DNA of 64,000 nt from Mobula hypostoma (lineage: Eukaryota), in the NCBI RefSeq assembly GCF_963921235.1, contig NC_086097.1:38008001-38072000 (forward strand). Reading direction: 5' to 3'. Shown piece after piece: positions 38,820 to 52,266 of this stretch. Made by a program: the position numbers and the translations under genes. The notes under the pieces were generated by a model. That model ran no database searches, was not told the DNA's origin, and saw only the letters and a list, made by a program, of their open reading frames with translations. The first letter of the stretch is position 1. Each line of letters opens with the position of its first letter.

Positions 38820-41800
38820 TATGTCTTATGGTCCGATAATAACATACAAATTTAAAGAGTTGTATCCATTGAATTCAATTGATGATTCTGACAAAAAACA
38901 TTACAGCGTATTTATTCAGAGTGAAAAGTTGATGAACAATTTAGTAAATATTTTCTCCTTTTATGAGGATATTTCAACACCACAATTACTCTGCCCCAGT
39001 ACAAGCAACCAGCAAGAAGAAAAGTGAACTGAACACTGGCCTTTGGAATAAAATCATTCTGCCCCAATCCAATGAAATATTTTAATAGGGGTACTGCTCC
39101 ATCAAAATAAATGATTATGGACTCTGCTAGCGTAGCCAACAAAGTAATTTCCTGGTGAAATTGCAAAGTACGTATTTCAAATTAATTTCTTAGGCCAGAT
39201 ATAATGTTGACATGCAAACTTAAAACAAGGCATCCATCAAAATATTTCAAAATATGAAAATGGTGGGTGAAAGAAAGATCAATTTTATTTCTTTTGTCTG
39301 AGAAAATGGATATTGTTCTACCATGCAGTATTGATGTTTTCATTAACCTTTACATATGTATGCTGTGTCAAGCAAACGCACCAAGGACAAGCTAGAGTAA
39401 TTACAATAACATTGGAAGAAATATAGTGGGGATAAATGGTACTCAGATTACAGAAAAAGTAAATAATGGCTATATTAAGAATACTAGAAGGTATTTTTCT
39501 TTTCCATTTAATTGGGCTGAAAAACCTTGAGGAACTAAAGTTCTGTAGAATGTATTTTGACTTTTAGGGTGTAGATTAAATTACTTTCTTTGTGGGTAAG
39601 ACAAGATTCAGTTAAGATCATAAAAAATCTACAGGTGCTGGAATTCTGAAACAAAATTCAAGGGATGGGGATGGATACTCAGTATATCAAGCAGCATATG
39701 TGAGTGAGAAATATTATCAAAATTCATTGTCAATTACTACCTTCTGAAATGGGCAAATTGGAAAAAAGCAAGTCTGTACAAAATGCTAAGAGTAGAGGGC
39801 TGTGAAAATTGGGGCCCTGTGACACAATGCTTTTTGTTCTGTGTAAAAGCAGGAAATGAATGCCAGCTAATTCTTCTGGAGGATTTTAAATCTGGAAAGA
39901 TGAATGAGGGTAGTGGTAGAGAGAAGAAAATAAACATACTAGGATTGTGCTCTGCTGAACACAAAATTTGCTGGAAATCTAAAATAAAAGAGAATATGGG
40001 AAGTACATTGCAGGCAATATCATGAAAGAGTAATAAAGGTGTGGATGTTATAGATGGATGACCTTCCTTAGAATTGCCCAGTTCTGATCCAAACAGCAAA
40101 CTTTATTTCTGTGTTGAATCCTGAGGGCTGCAACACACCTTAGCAGAAAGTGAGGTATTGTTCCTTGGGCTTTTGTTGGAACAACACTGGCCAGTTCCAA
40201 AAAGGTTATAGTGGAGGTGGAATGGAGTGTTAAAGAGAATTGTGTGCGGAAGGAGGTGTTCGTGAGGGGTCATTCATTCTGCATTTGGTTCCTGCAATGT
40301 AGAGTTGGTTACAAAATGAACCTCTAATGCATTACAGGTCAATTTGTGAAGGTGGCATCTTTGGAGGAAAATATTTTCTAAAGCAAAAATTTGTAAATCA
40401 GAAGGTCTTTCCCATTAATTAAAAGATAAAAATTCTGGTTGCACCTCAGAGCTTAAAAAATTTAGATCAAGAATACAAACCTTAATATCCATCCTGTGCC
40501 ATTTTCACCACCTTATCTACCTTCAGAGACTTTTGGACTTGAACACTTTGTCCTTCGATATTCTCTGTGATTCGACCATTTGTGTATATATCCTACCCTT
40601 ATAACCTTTCCATAGTGCATCACCAGACTCTTATCAGGACTAATTTCCTTCTGCCTTTGCTCTTTCCATCTTACCAAATGAAGAATATGGGGAGATGCAG
40701 GATATTGGGGCTAAGAAGAAATTTGGATCAGCCATGTTGAAATGGTGGAGAAGACTCAATGGGCTGAATGGACTAATTCTGCTCCTATATCTTATGCTCT
40801 TGTGGAATGCAGTCCTGTAGTCTAAGACCATCTTGCTTAGAGTCAACACCACCATTTTTTATGTCACCTGCAAACATGCTAATCATACCTCCTGTATTCA
40901 TATCCAAATAATTAAGGTGTAGAACAAGGTAAACATTCTAACACAATCCCTGGAGTGCATCTTGGGTCGCAGGCTTTCAGTAACAAAAACAACTCTTCTC
41001 CATCTCTGATTCCCATTATGGATCCAATTTTGTATTCCACTTAACTTGGATCTCATGGGTTCTAGCTGTTTAGAACACTTTTCTACGTGGGTCCTCATTA
41101 AACATTTTATTACCCCTGAAAAACAATTCAAACAAATTGGTCAGATAAGATCTCCTCCACAAGAAAGTCATGCTATCTTTGATTAATCCCTGCTTTTCCC
41201 AAGTATAGATTATACCAGTCTCTCTCCTTTTTCTAATATCTTCTCTACCACTGCTGTTAGACTCATCCCTGTTGCCTTTCTAAGGAAAAGAGTATACATT
41301 TGATCTTTTCACATTCCACAGATATTGCCTGATCGGCTGGGTATTCCCAGCATTCTGTTCCTTGGATTTCTAGCAACCACATATGACAACGTCCATAATG
41401 TTGCAGCCTATCATAGGCATTCATTTCATTTTCTCCAATCCTCCTCTGTGCAACTTGAAACACAGTTATTTTCTTTCTTTTCCAGTTCTGATGAAGGATT
41501 ATTTCATCATGAGCCGAAGGGTTCAATTGCTGTACTGTTCAATTGTCAGCCTGAAATTTAAGATCTGTTTTTTTCTCTCTCCACAGATACTGCCTGATCT
41601 TTTAAATACGTATTCGTAATAAATTCTGTTCTTTGTTCCATTTAGATTATCGTCGTTTATTGTTGGTTCCATTGATTTACTGCACAAAACTGAGTGGAAG
41701 TTCTATTGAATGACTGATAGAGTCATAGAACACTACAGCACAGAAACAGGCCCTTCCTCCCATCTAGTCCGTACCAAACTTTCATTCTGCCTAGTCCCAT

Positions 41801-41978
41801 GGGCTTTTGTTTAAATTCTTGGCATTTATTCTTGGGGGAATATTGACTGAGGTCTATTGTGAACCTGGTGATGCCTTAATTATTCATTTTAGATCCTATT
41901 TTGTTTAAGTGAATTTGTGAACTTGGATTTTGTTAGTGAATTGACCTTTATTTTGTTATGTTTACAGGATAAATGTGT

Positions 41979-41995
41979 TGGTGCCACCTAGTGGA
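41979..41995 (-). promoter_or_regulatory. Candidate CTCF binding site
   Basis: Minus strand TCCACTAGGTGGCACCA closely matches the CTCF core CCACYAGRKGGCR. Motif match only. Confidence 0.55.
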
Positions 41996-42107
41996 TTTGT
42001 GGAAGTTTCCTTTAATTCAGGATATATAATGTTTGATGTGTCCATTGCAGGTTTAAAAACCTCATGCATACAGACTTGCTGCTGACCTGGGTCATGAGTC
42101 TCTAGAG

Positions 42108-42189
42108 CAGGGGTTCCCAGCCTAGGATCCATGGACCATTCGGTTAGTGGTAGAGGTTCATGGCGTAAAAAAATGATTGGGAACCCCTG
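42108..42189. mobile_element. 82-bp hAT (Charlie/MER5-like) MITE
   Basis: TIRs caggggttccca / tgggaacccctg with 8-bp TSD ctctagag on both sides. Confidence 0.9.
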
Positions 42190-42939
42190 CTCTAGAGCTA
42201 TTGCTCAGTTTTACAGGATCCCATCCTGTAAACACAATAAATATGCTTTTAAATAGTTTATATAATTCATTTATAAAGCACACTATAACAGAAAATAATG
42301 AAAATTATATTAAGGTTTCAGAGCTGCCATTTGATGATTAACAAAGCTTAAATCTATTATTTGATACCTCCATCTCAGCTTGGTCCCAAGGAGTTCAGAT
42401 TTAAGTGTTTTAATATTAAAGAACATTCAGCCAGTAAGTATTACTTATACGGTCTTGGTTAACTACTTTAGGAAATGCTCAGAGTACTGTACAAATCAAT
42501 TTTAATAATTGCAGATCTGAATATAAACGCCCTGTCAGTGCAAGAGCTGTACTTCTTGGGCTGAATTCAGTTCCATTATGATTCATTAGTGCCCACACTT
42601 CTGCTGTTATTGATTCAGGTTTTATTTTTCCATGTGTGAATTAACCTTTCTGCTGTGGCATAAATATATTTCAGTGCAATTTCACTATATTTGTAATGTT
42701 GATAGGGCTTCTGGTCCATTGCTAAAGGAATTAACTTGGGTAGGTTGCCAATTATTTTGAAAATATTGAAAAGATCAGCCTGAGCAAATATGAAAGGAAC
42801 ACCATTACTTGCAAGATCTTTTCCAAGGCTCACAGGTCCCTGATTTGGGAATGTAGTGCAATGCCTTCAGTGTGCTGGTCTAAATGCTAAAATATCCAGC
42901 AACATTCTGGGAATATTTCAACCAGAAGAACTGCAGCAG

Positions 42940-43397
42940 TTTTTCTTTTATATATACAGGGTACAGGAAAAAATATATATGTCAATACATTAAGCTAAAT
43001 CGCATATAAAGACTCCTTACCCTATATTCGTACAAGTCAATTAGTTCGTAACATTGAAAAATAATAATTTTATTATATAAAAAAAATCTAACCCACTACC
43101 AAGACCGAAGCTGATCAGTAGAAAAAAAAAGAAAAAAGATTGTCATCTGTGCTTTAACAGCAAATCAAAGGTTTTTAAAATAATTCAGAAAAGGTCCCCA
43201 CAATGTTTGAAAGTCTTGATTAGATTCAAAGATTGAACATCGAATCTTCTCTAAATTTAAACATGACATGACATCACGTATCCATTGAGCGTGAATAGGA
43301 GGGGCCGCATCTTTCCATTTAAGCAAAAGCGTCGTTCTGGCCATAAGAGACATAAAAGCCAAAATGTGCAAGTCAGATGGCTTCAAAACTGCAGCAG
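42940..43397 (-). mobile_element. L1-clade LINE 3' fragment
   Basis: ILAFMSLMAR..LLLKWKDAAPP..QWIRDVMSCLNLEKIR..F..WGPFLNY, a fish-type L1 ORF2 C-terminus. Confidence 0.8.
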
Positions 43398-43544
43398 TTA
43401 ACGAAATTGTCGCACCTTACCACCTTCACCAGAGCACTCGGAGATAAGCAGTGAATGCAATCTCTGCCGTGACATCCACATCACATCAATGAATGAAAAA
43501 CTTACCTGTATCCTAGTTTCAATTAACGCCTCGTACACTCCTGT

Positions 43545-45262
43545 ATGACAGAGTATGGAGAAGCTTCTTGGGAAACTGGAAGACCTGAAGGTAGATAAGT
43601 GACCTGGACCAGATGGTGTACACCCCAGAGTTCTGAAAGAGGTGGCTGAAGAGACTGTGGACAAATTAGTAATGATCTTACAAGAATCACTAGATCCTGG
43701 AGTGGTTCTGGAAGACTGTAGAATTGCAAATGTCACCCCACTCTTCAAGAAGGGAGAGAGGCAGAAGAAAGTAAATTATAGGCCAGTTAGTCTGACCTCA
43801 GTGGGTGGGAAGACATCGGAGTCAATTATTAAGGATGAGGTCTCAGGATACTTGGAGGCACATGACATGATAGGCCGTGGTCAGCATGGTTTCCTTAAGG
43901 GAAAATCTTGCCTAATGAATCTGTTGGAATTCTTTGAAGAAATAATAAGCAGGATAGACAAAGGGGAATCAGTTGCTGTTGTCTGCTTGGATTTTCAGAA
44001 GACTTTTGACAAGATGCCACACATGAGGTTGCTTAACAAGCTACGAGCCCATGGTATTACAGGAAAGATTCTAACATTGGCAAATCAGTGGCTGATTGGC
44101 AGGAAACAAAGAGTGGGAACAAAAGGACTTTTTCTGGTTAGTTCCCTTTTCTAGTGGTGTTGGGACCAAATTTTTGATGTTTATTTGTCAATGATTTGGA
44201 TGATGGAATTAATGGTTTTGTTGTAAAGTTTGCAGACAATATGAAGATAAGAGGAGGGGCAGGTGTTTTGAGGAAATAGGCTACAGAAGGACTTGGCCAC
44301 ACACACAAAATGCTGGAGGAACTCAGCAGGCTGGGCAACATCTTTGGAAAAGCGTACAGTTGATGTTTCGAGCTGAGAACCTTTGGCAGGACTGGAGAAA
44401 AATAGCAGAGGAGTAGATTTAAAAGGTGGGGGGAAAGAATTTAGACAGATTAGGGGAATGGGCAAAGACGTGGCAGATGGAATATAGTATGAGGAAGTGT
44501 ATGGTTATGCGCTTTGGTAGAAGAAATGAAAGGGTTGACTATTTTCTAAATAGAAAAAAAATATAGAAATCTGAGGTGCAAAGGGATTTGGGAGTCCTTG
44601 TGCAGGATTCCCTAAAGGTTAATTTGCAGGTTGAGTGTGTGGTGAGGAAAGCAAATGCAATGTTAGCATTCATTTCAAGGGGACTAGAATATAAAAGCAA
44701 GTATGTAATATTGAAACTTTATAAAGCACTGATGAGGCCTCACTTGGAGTACTGTGTACAGTTTTGGGCCCTTATTGAGACAGGATGAGCTGAAACTGGA
44801 GAGGGTTCAAAAGAGGTTCACAAAAATGATGCCAGGATTGAATGGCTTGTAATGTGAAGACAGTTTGATGGCTCGGGGCCTGTATTCACTGGAATTCAGA
44901 AGAACGAACCTCACTTAATACTGAAAGGCCTGGATAGAGTAGATGTGAGAGAATGTCTCCTTTGGTGGGAGAATCTTAAGACCAGAGGACACAGCCTTAG
45001 AAGGGAGGGGCATCCTTTTAGAACGAAGATGAGGAATTTCTTTAGCCTGAGAGTGGTGATTCTGTGGAATTTATTGTCACAGGCAGCTGTGGAAGCCAAA
45101 TCTTTACGTATATTTAAGGCAGGGGTTGATAGATTCTTGATTGGTCAAGGCATGAAGGGATATGGGGGGAGGGAATAATAGGTCAGCCATGACAAAATGC
45201 TGGAACAGACTTGATGGGCCAAATGGCCTAATTTGGCTCCTAGAGCTGATGGTCTCATGGTC
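43545..45262 (+). mobile_element. CR1 LINE RT/3' fragment (Penelope fragment nested at ~44298-44432)
   Basis: ANVTPLFKKG..NYRPVSLTS, QHGFLKGKSCL.NLLEFFE, LDFQK.FDK.PH, RPHLEYCVQFW. Confidence 0.9.
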
Positions 45263-45779
45263 ATGTATAGAGAAGAGAGAGATACCATTAATTTGAACTG
45301 TTGCAACAGAACAGAATTGTACATTATCCCTTTGATGGGTACCTTTTGAATCTGTGAGATATGGATTTGACATAGATATTGATAATGATAACATTCCTGA
45401 GACAAGTATAATACAGAGTCACTTAGGCAATTCTTTTACAAAAATCATAAAATTTTACAGCTCGGGGATGTGTTTCAGACCATTATAACCTTGTACGTCG
45501 GGCTAATTCCATTTCCCTACTCTTGATCCAAGGCACTTAAGTTAGAGTACTTGGAAAAACAATTAATTGAGTTGCTGCTGATTTTCATAAATGCAAAAGC
45601 ATATTGTGAGCCTTGTTTAAATGCTTACAAGAGAAAATGCTTAGAAGTTGTACTAATCAATACTGCCATTGGAAGCCATTGCACTTTCATTTGTGTATGG
45701 AGTGTGAGTAATAGTTTAAACTGCCACCCCGTGGTTGTGCACTGTAATTGCACTTAGAATTTATTTGCTTGTGCTGATA

Positions 45780-47212
45780 AGTCATAGTCATACTTTATTG
45801 ATCCCAGGGGAAATTGGTTCGTTACAGTTGCACCATAAATAATAAATAGTAATAGAACCATAAATAGTTAAATAGTAATATGTAAATTATGCCAGTAAAT
45901 TATGAAATAAGTCCAGGACCAGCCTATTGGTTCAGGGTGTCTGACCCAACAAGGGAGGAGTTGTAAAGTTTGATGGCCACAGGCAGGAATGACTTCCTAT
46001 GACGCTCTGTGCTGCATTTCGGTGGAATGAGTCTCTGGCTGAATGTACTCCTGTGCCACCCAGTACATTATGTAGTGGATGGGAGACATTGACCAAGATG
46101 GCATGCAACTTAGTCAGCATCCTCTTTTCAGACACCACCGTAAGAGAGTCCAGTTCTATCCCCACAACATCACTGGCCTTACGCATGAGTTTGTTGATTC
46201 TGTTGGTGTCTGCTACCCTCAGCCTGCTGCCCCAGTACACAACAGCAAACATGATAGCACTGGCCACCATAGACTCGTAGAACATCCTCAGCATCGTCCG
46301 ACAGATGTTAAAGGACCTCAGTCTCCTCAGGAAATAGAGACGGCTCTGACCCTTCTTGTAGACAGCCTCAGTGTTCTTTCACCAGTTCAGTTTATTGTCA
46401 ATTCGTATCCCCAGGTATTTGTAATCCTCCACCATGTCCACACTGACCCCCTGGATGGAAACAGGGGTCACCGGTACCTTAGCTCTCCTCAGGTCTACCA
46501 CCAGCTCCTTAGTCTTTTTCACATAAAGCTGCAGATAATTCTGCTCACACCATGTGACAAAGTTTCCTACCGTAGCCCTGTACTCAGCCTCATCTCCCTT
46601 GCTGATGCATCCAACTATGGCAGAGTCATCCGAAAACTTCTGAAGATGACAAGACTCTGTGCAGTAGTTGAAGTCCGAGGTGTAAATGATGAAGAGAAAG
46701 GGAGACAAGACAGTCCCCTGTGGAGCCCCAGTGCTGCTGATCACTCTGTCGGACACACAGTGTTGCAAGCACACGTACTGTGGTCTGCCAGTCAGGTAAT
46801 CAAGAATCCATGATACCAGGGAAGCATCCACCTGCATCGCTGTCAGCTTCTCCCCCAGCAGAGCAGGGCGGATGGTGTTGAACGCACTGGAGAAGTCAAA
46901 AAACATGACCCTCACAGTGCTCGCTGGCTTGTCCAGGTGGGCATAGACATGGTTCAGCAGGTAGACGATGGCATCCTCAACTCCTAGTCGGGGTTGGTAG
47001 GCGAAATTGAGGGGATGTAAGTGTGGCCTGACCATAGGCCAGAGCAGCTCCATAACAAGTCTTTCCAGGGTCTTCATGGTGTGGGAGGTCAATGCCACCG
47101 CTCTGTAGTCATTGAGGCCGCTGGGGCGTGGCGTCTTCGGCACAGGGACGAGGCAGGACATCTTCCACAGTACAGGAACCCTCCGGAGCCTCAGGCTCAG
47201 GTTGAATACAGG
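45780..47212 (-). mobile_element. Rex1 LINE, 5'-truncated young copy 3
   Basis: 260-aa RT ORF 46379-47161 (FFDFSSAFNTI, GAPQGTVLSP, FSDDS) and the same tail. Confidence 0.92.
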
Positions 47213-48364
47213 TTGATGAAGCTTAAGAAATAGAATATAAGAAATAAGAGCAGAAGTAGGTCATCTGGCCCTATGAGCCTGCTCTGCTATTCATGAATAT
47301 CATGGCTGGCCTTTTATCATAGTGCCATTTTCCAGCATGATCCCCATATCCCTGGATTCTCATAATGCCTAGAAATTTATCAATCCCTGTATTGGATTAA
47401 CTCAACAACAAAGCCTCCATAAGCCTTGAGGTCAGGAAGTATGTAGAGTGCCCTAACACTTCCTCCTCGGATACTTAAATGTGTCACACGCTCTTAGATG
47501 AAGCTTTTAAGTAAATGTTATTTGCATGTGTCCTACATCAGCAGATCTTCAAACTTAGATTTATTTCCTAGGAAAACAATGCTCTCTTCACAAATCTAGG
47601 ATCATGAATGTCATACACATGTGCAGAACAAATACAATGGAAGCCTATTTACCTGAGCTTTGTAGACTTGATACCTAATGCTAAAAACAGCCCTTTAATT
47701 TACATCCACTATTTACAGTTTTAAAAGATATTTTAAATGCCACAGAATTCATGTTTCAGATTTGGTCTACTACGTGCATGGGTGCATTTGGTTCAAAGTC
47801 GTTCATAAAGATCAGATAGAGACACGCCACTTGCAACCTAATAGTCCATGGCTGATCTCCTTAGCTCACATCCTCCTGGCATTGTACTGTGTTCAAGGAC
47901 AAAAAATATGATTATCAGTCATTGGACTCCACCTTGATGCATGTGTAACTAATAAAAGTCTGTCACAACTGCCATGGTAGTGATGTTGAACTTGTTTGAA
48001 CTTAAGAACCACTTGTGAGTGTAACTACCTCAAGGGGAAAACAGACTTTGAAATGTGCAATTGTCTGTAATATCCTGTTATATTTTTGTACTTTCTCTTG
48101 TATTTTTAGCTCAGATTTCTTACTATGATTTATTTCCACCTTTTGTTTGTCCTTTATCTGTTTGTAATTGTACCACATTTCCTGTGCATTCAGTTGCACT
48201 TTTTTTTTTGGTATTCTGTGCTTTAATTTCTCATGGGTGTGTTACTTTGTGTGCTGATATATTTCTCCATTTGGACAAGAATAGATTGCAGGCAGATTTC
48301 TGCTTGGTATTAGAGCAGGAATTTATTACATTATTAATAATAATAAAAAGCAGATTTAATAATC

Positions 48365-51300
48365 AGGGCAGTTTTACTAGAGCTGTTAAGAGTGATTTAA
48401 ACTAATATGGCAGGGGGATGGGAACCAGAATGATGGAGCTGAGGATGGGCCAGCAGGTTTACAAGTAGATGATGTAATATGTAACATGAATGTAAGGAAA
48501 GACAAGCCAATGATTGGGTACAAATGCAGACAGAGCAGAGAGTTAAGTTGTACCACAGAGGCAAAATTCATAAGGGCAAAGAATGCAGGACTGAAGGTGC
48601 TGTATTTAAATGCACGCAGCATTCGGAATAAGGTGGATGAACTCATGGCACAATTAGAGATTGGTCGGTATGATATTGTGGGCATTACTGAACGATGGCT
48701 GAAAGAAGGCTATAGTTGGGAGCCTACCATCAGAGGATGTACTTTGTATTGAAAGGACGGGCAGGAAGGCATAGGCAGTTGTGTGGCTCTGTTGGTAAGA
48801 GATGGAATTACATCTTTAGAAAGAGGTGATATAGGGTCAGAGAATGTTAAATCTTCGTAGGTAGAGTTAAGAAACTGCAAGGGTAAAAAAAAACACATTT
48901 TGGGAGTTGTATATAGCCTCCAAATAGTAGCCAAGATGTGGGGTTGAGATTGCAAAGAGAGCTGGAAAAGGCATGTAATAAGGGTAATGTCACAATTGTA
49001 ATGGGGGGCTCCAATATGCAACAGGATTGGAAAAACCAGGTTGGTTTCAGATCGCAAGAGAGGGAATTTGTTGAGTGCCTATGAGGTGACTTTTAGAGTA
49101 GCTTGTACTTGAGCCTACTCGGGGAGAGACAATCTTAGGGTAGGTGTTGTGTAATAACCCCAATTTTATTAGTCAGCTTAATGTAAAGGAACCCTTAGGA
49201 GGCAGTGATCATGATATGATTGAATTCATAATGCAAGTTGAGAGGGAGAAGCATAAGTTGGATGTGTTAGTATCACAATGAAATAAAGGAAATTGCAGAG
49301 GCATGAGGGAGGAGCTTGCCTGAGTGGATTGGAGGGGGATACTGGTGGAGATATTGGCAGAACAGAGGTGGCTGAAGTTGCTGGGAATAATTCACAAAGT
49401 GCAGGGTAGATATGTCCCATAGAAGAAATGGTTCTCATTGGCAGAGGTAGGCAACTGTGGCTGACAAGGGAAGTAAAGGACTGTATAAAAGCCAAGGAAA
49501 GGGCATATAATGTAGCAAAAGTGAGTGGGACTTGGAATGATTAAGAGGATTTTACAATCCAACAAAAGGCAACAAAAAAGCTTTATGAAGGGAAAAGATG
49601 AAATATGAGAGCAAGCTAGCCGATTATATAAAGAGGATGCTAGAAGTTCTTTCAGTTATATAAAGAGTAAAAGGGAGTTGAGAATTGTGATTGGACCACT
49701 GGAATATGATGCTGGTGAGATAGTAATGGGGGACAAATAAATTGCAGATGAACTTAATAAGTACTTTGCTTCAATCTTTACTGTGGAAGATGCTGTATGC
49801 CAGAAGTCCGTGAGTGTCAGGGAGTGCCTTTGCTATTACAAATGAAAAAGTGCTCAGCAAACTGTAAGTTCTTAAGGTGGATAAGTCACCTGGACCAGAT
49901 GGACTGGAAGGAAAGCACTGCATTAAAGTTCAGACTGCCAATGAGGTAATGATGATATAAAATGCAACCATGATGTTGCATTTTTAAAAAATATTTTCAC
50001 TTTACAGTTTGAAATAGCTTGAAATCAAAAAGGAAAGTGCAAGGATAGGTAAATAAGACAATGAGACAGGAGTCCTGAAAGAGGTTGCTGAAGAGATAGC
50101 GGATCCATTGGTTATGATCTTTCAAGAATCACTGATCCTAGCATGGTCCCGGAGGACTGGAAAATTCCACATGTCACTCCACTCTTCAAGAAGGGAAGAA
50201 GACAAAAGAGAGGAAATTAAAACCAGTTAGCCTAACTTCAGTGGTTTGGAAAGTGTTAAGAGTATGTTATTAAGGACAAGGTTTCAGGGTACTTGGAGAC
50301 CAATGGTAAAATAAGTCAAAGTCAGCATGGTCTCTGTAAAGGGAAATCTTGCCTAACAAATCTGTTAGAATTCTTGGAGGAAGTATCAAGCAGGGTGGAC
50401 AAAGAAGAGGCAGTGGTTGTCATTTACGATTTTCAGAAGGCATTTGATGCGGTTCCTTACTTGAGGCTGCTTATCAAGATAAGTTCTTATGTTGTTACAG
50501 GTCATATGCTGGCATGGATAGAGGAACGGCTGACAGGCAGGAGGCAGTGAGTGGGAATAAAGGGGGCCTTTTCTCATTGGCTGCCAGTGACTAGTGGTGC
50601 TCCTTGGGTCAGTATCAGGACCACTACTTTTCACATTGTGTATCAATGATTTAGATAATGGAATTGGTGGCTTTGTGGCAACATTTGTGGATAATATGAA
50701 GATAGGTGGAGGGGTAGGTAGTGCTGAGAAGCATTGCAATTGTAACAGGACGTAGACAAATTGGAAGAATGGGCAAAAAAGTTGCAGGTGGAATATAGTG
50801 TTGGGAAATGAATGATAATGCATTCTGGTAAGAGGAACAATAGTTCAGACTATTATCTAAATAGGGAGAAGGTTCAAATATCAGAGGTGAAGAGGGACTT
50901 AGGAGTCCTCATGCAAGACTTCCAGGAGGTTAATTTACAGGTTGAGTCTGTGGTAAAGATGGCAAATGCAATGTTGGCATTTATTTCAATAGAATATAAC
51001 AGCATAGAGATAATACTGAACCTTTATAAGACACTTGTCAGGCCGCACTTGGAGTATCCTCAACAGTCTTGGGCCCCTTATCTCAGAAAGGATGTGTTGT
51101 GATTGTAGAGAGCCCAGAGGAGGTTCACGAAGATGATTCCGGGAATGAAGGGGGTTAACGTATGAGGAGTGTTTGGCAGCTTTGGGCCTGCACTCACTGG
51201 AATTTAGAAGAATGTGTGGGGATCTCATTGAACCTACTGAATGTTGAAAGGACTAGATGGGGTGTATATGGAAAGGATGTTTCCTATGGCTGGAGTAGCC

Positions 51301-51617
51301 AGAACTAGACGGCACAGCCTCAGAATTGGGGGGGCGGGGGGAGTGGGGCAACCGTTTAGAACAAAAGTAAGGAAGGTTTTTTTTAGCCAAAGAATGGTGA
51401 ATATGTGGAATGCCCTGTCACAGACTGTGGTGGAGGCCAAGTCTGTGGAAATGTTCAAAGCGGATTTTGATAAATTACTGATTGGTCAGGGCATCAAGCG
51501 ATATAGTGAGAGGCAGATGTATGGGGTTGAATGAGATCTGGGACCAGCCATAATGGAATGGCAGAGTGGGCTCGATGGGCTGAATGGCCTAATTCTGCCC
51601 CATGTCTCATGGTCTTA
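48365..51617 (+). mobile_element. Long CR1 LINE (EN+RT, decayed)
   Basis: LKVLYLNARSIRNKVDEL..IVGITERWL, SQHGLCKGKSCLTNLLEF, LVRPHLEY and a CR1 3' tail. Confidence 0.92.
49898..50068. repeat. Inverted copy of 51603-51772 embedded in the CR1
   Basis: Direct reverse-complement match, e.g. cattaaagttcagactgccaatgaggtaatgatgatataaaatgcaa. Confidence 0.93.
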
Positions 51618-51847
51618 TTTACCTTTCCTTGCACTTTCCTTTTTGATTTCAAGCTATTTCAAACTGTAAAGTGAAAATAATTTTTAAAAATGCAACATTG
51701 TGATTGCATTTTATATCATCATTACCTCATTGGCAGTCTGAACTTTAATGCATGCGTTCCTTCGAATCCATCAACAGTAAAACTAGCCAATCAGCTGGAC
51801 AACTGGAGCAGCAGATCCTGTACTGCCTCAGAGCTCCTGTGACCCAG

Positions 51848-52266
51848 TGCTACCAGGTTCGGATATGGCCCAAGTGCGGAGTGAGAGACAGTTGGATAGT
51901 TCGCAGAATTTAATACGAGTAGCATTAAAGGGAAAATAAAACAATAAACGCTAGGCCAAACAGGGCCGCTAACTAAAACTCTCAAATGGAAAACAAGGCC
52001 TACACTGGGGCTGAAAAGAACATCTAAATATTAAATGAATCCCGCCAGTCTTCAGAGTCAGTTGACTTGAAAGTCCAATATCTCAGGCAAGGCTGAATGC
52101 AAAACAGCAGCGAAGCGTTGCTGTGCTCTGTCCAAGTCTCGACAAGCACTACAATGGCAAGTATGGAGTTAAGTACTATCATGATTAAATAATAATTAGC
52201 TGACACGTGCAAATTCACAAGTGCAATTGCCTCATCTTCTGCGCTGCCAAATCCGTGGTTGTGACA
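51848..52266 (-). repeat. 3' LTR of Gypsy element
   Basis: Direct repeat of 56678-57102. Confidence 0.93.

Noticed and set aside
46079..46813. 244-aa plus-strand ORF
   Set aside because: Antisense shadow of the Rex1 RT frame; the same pattern recurs in the other copies.
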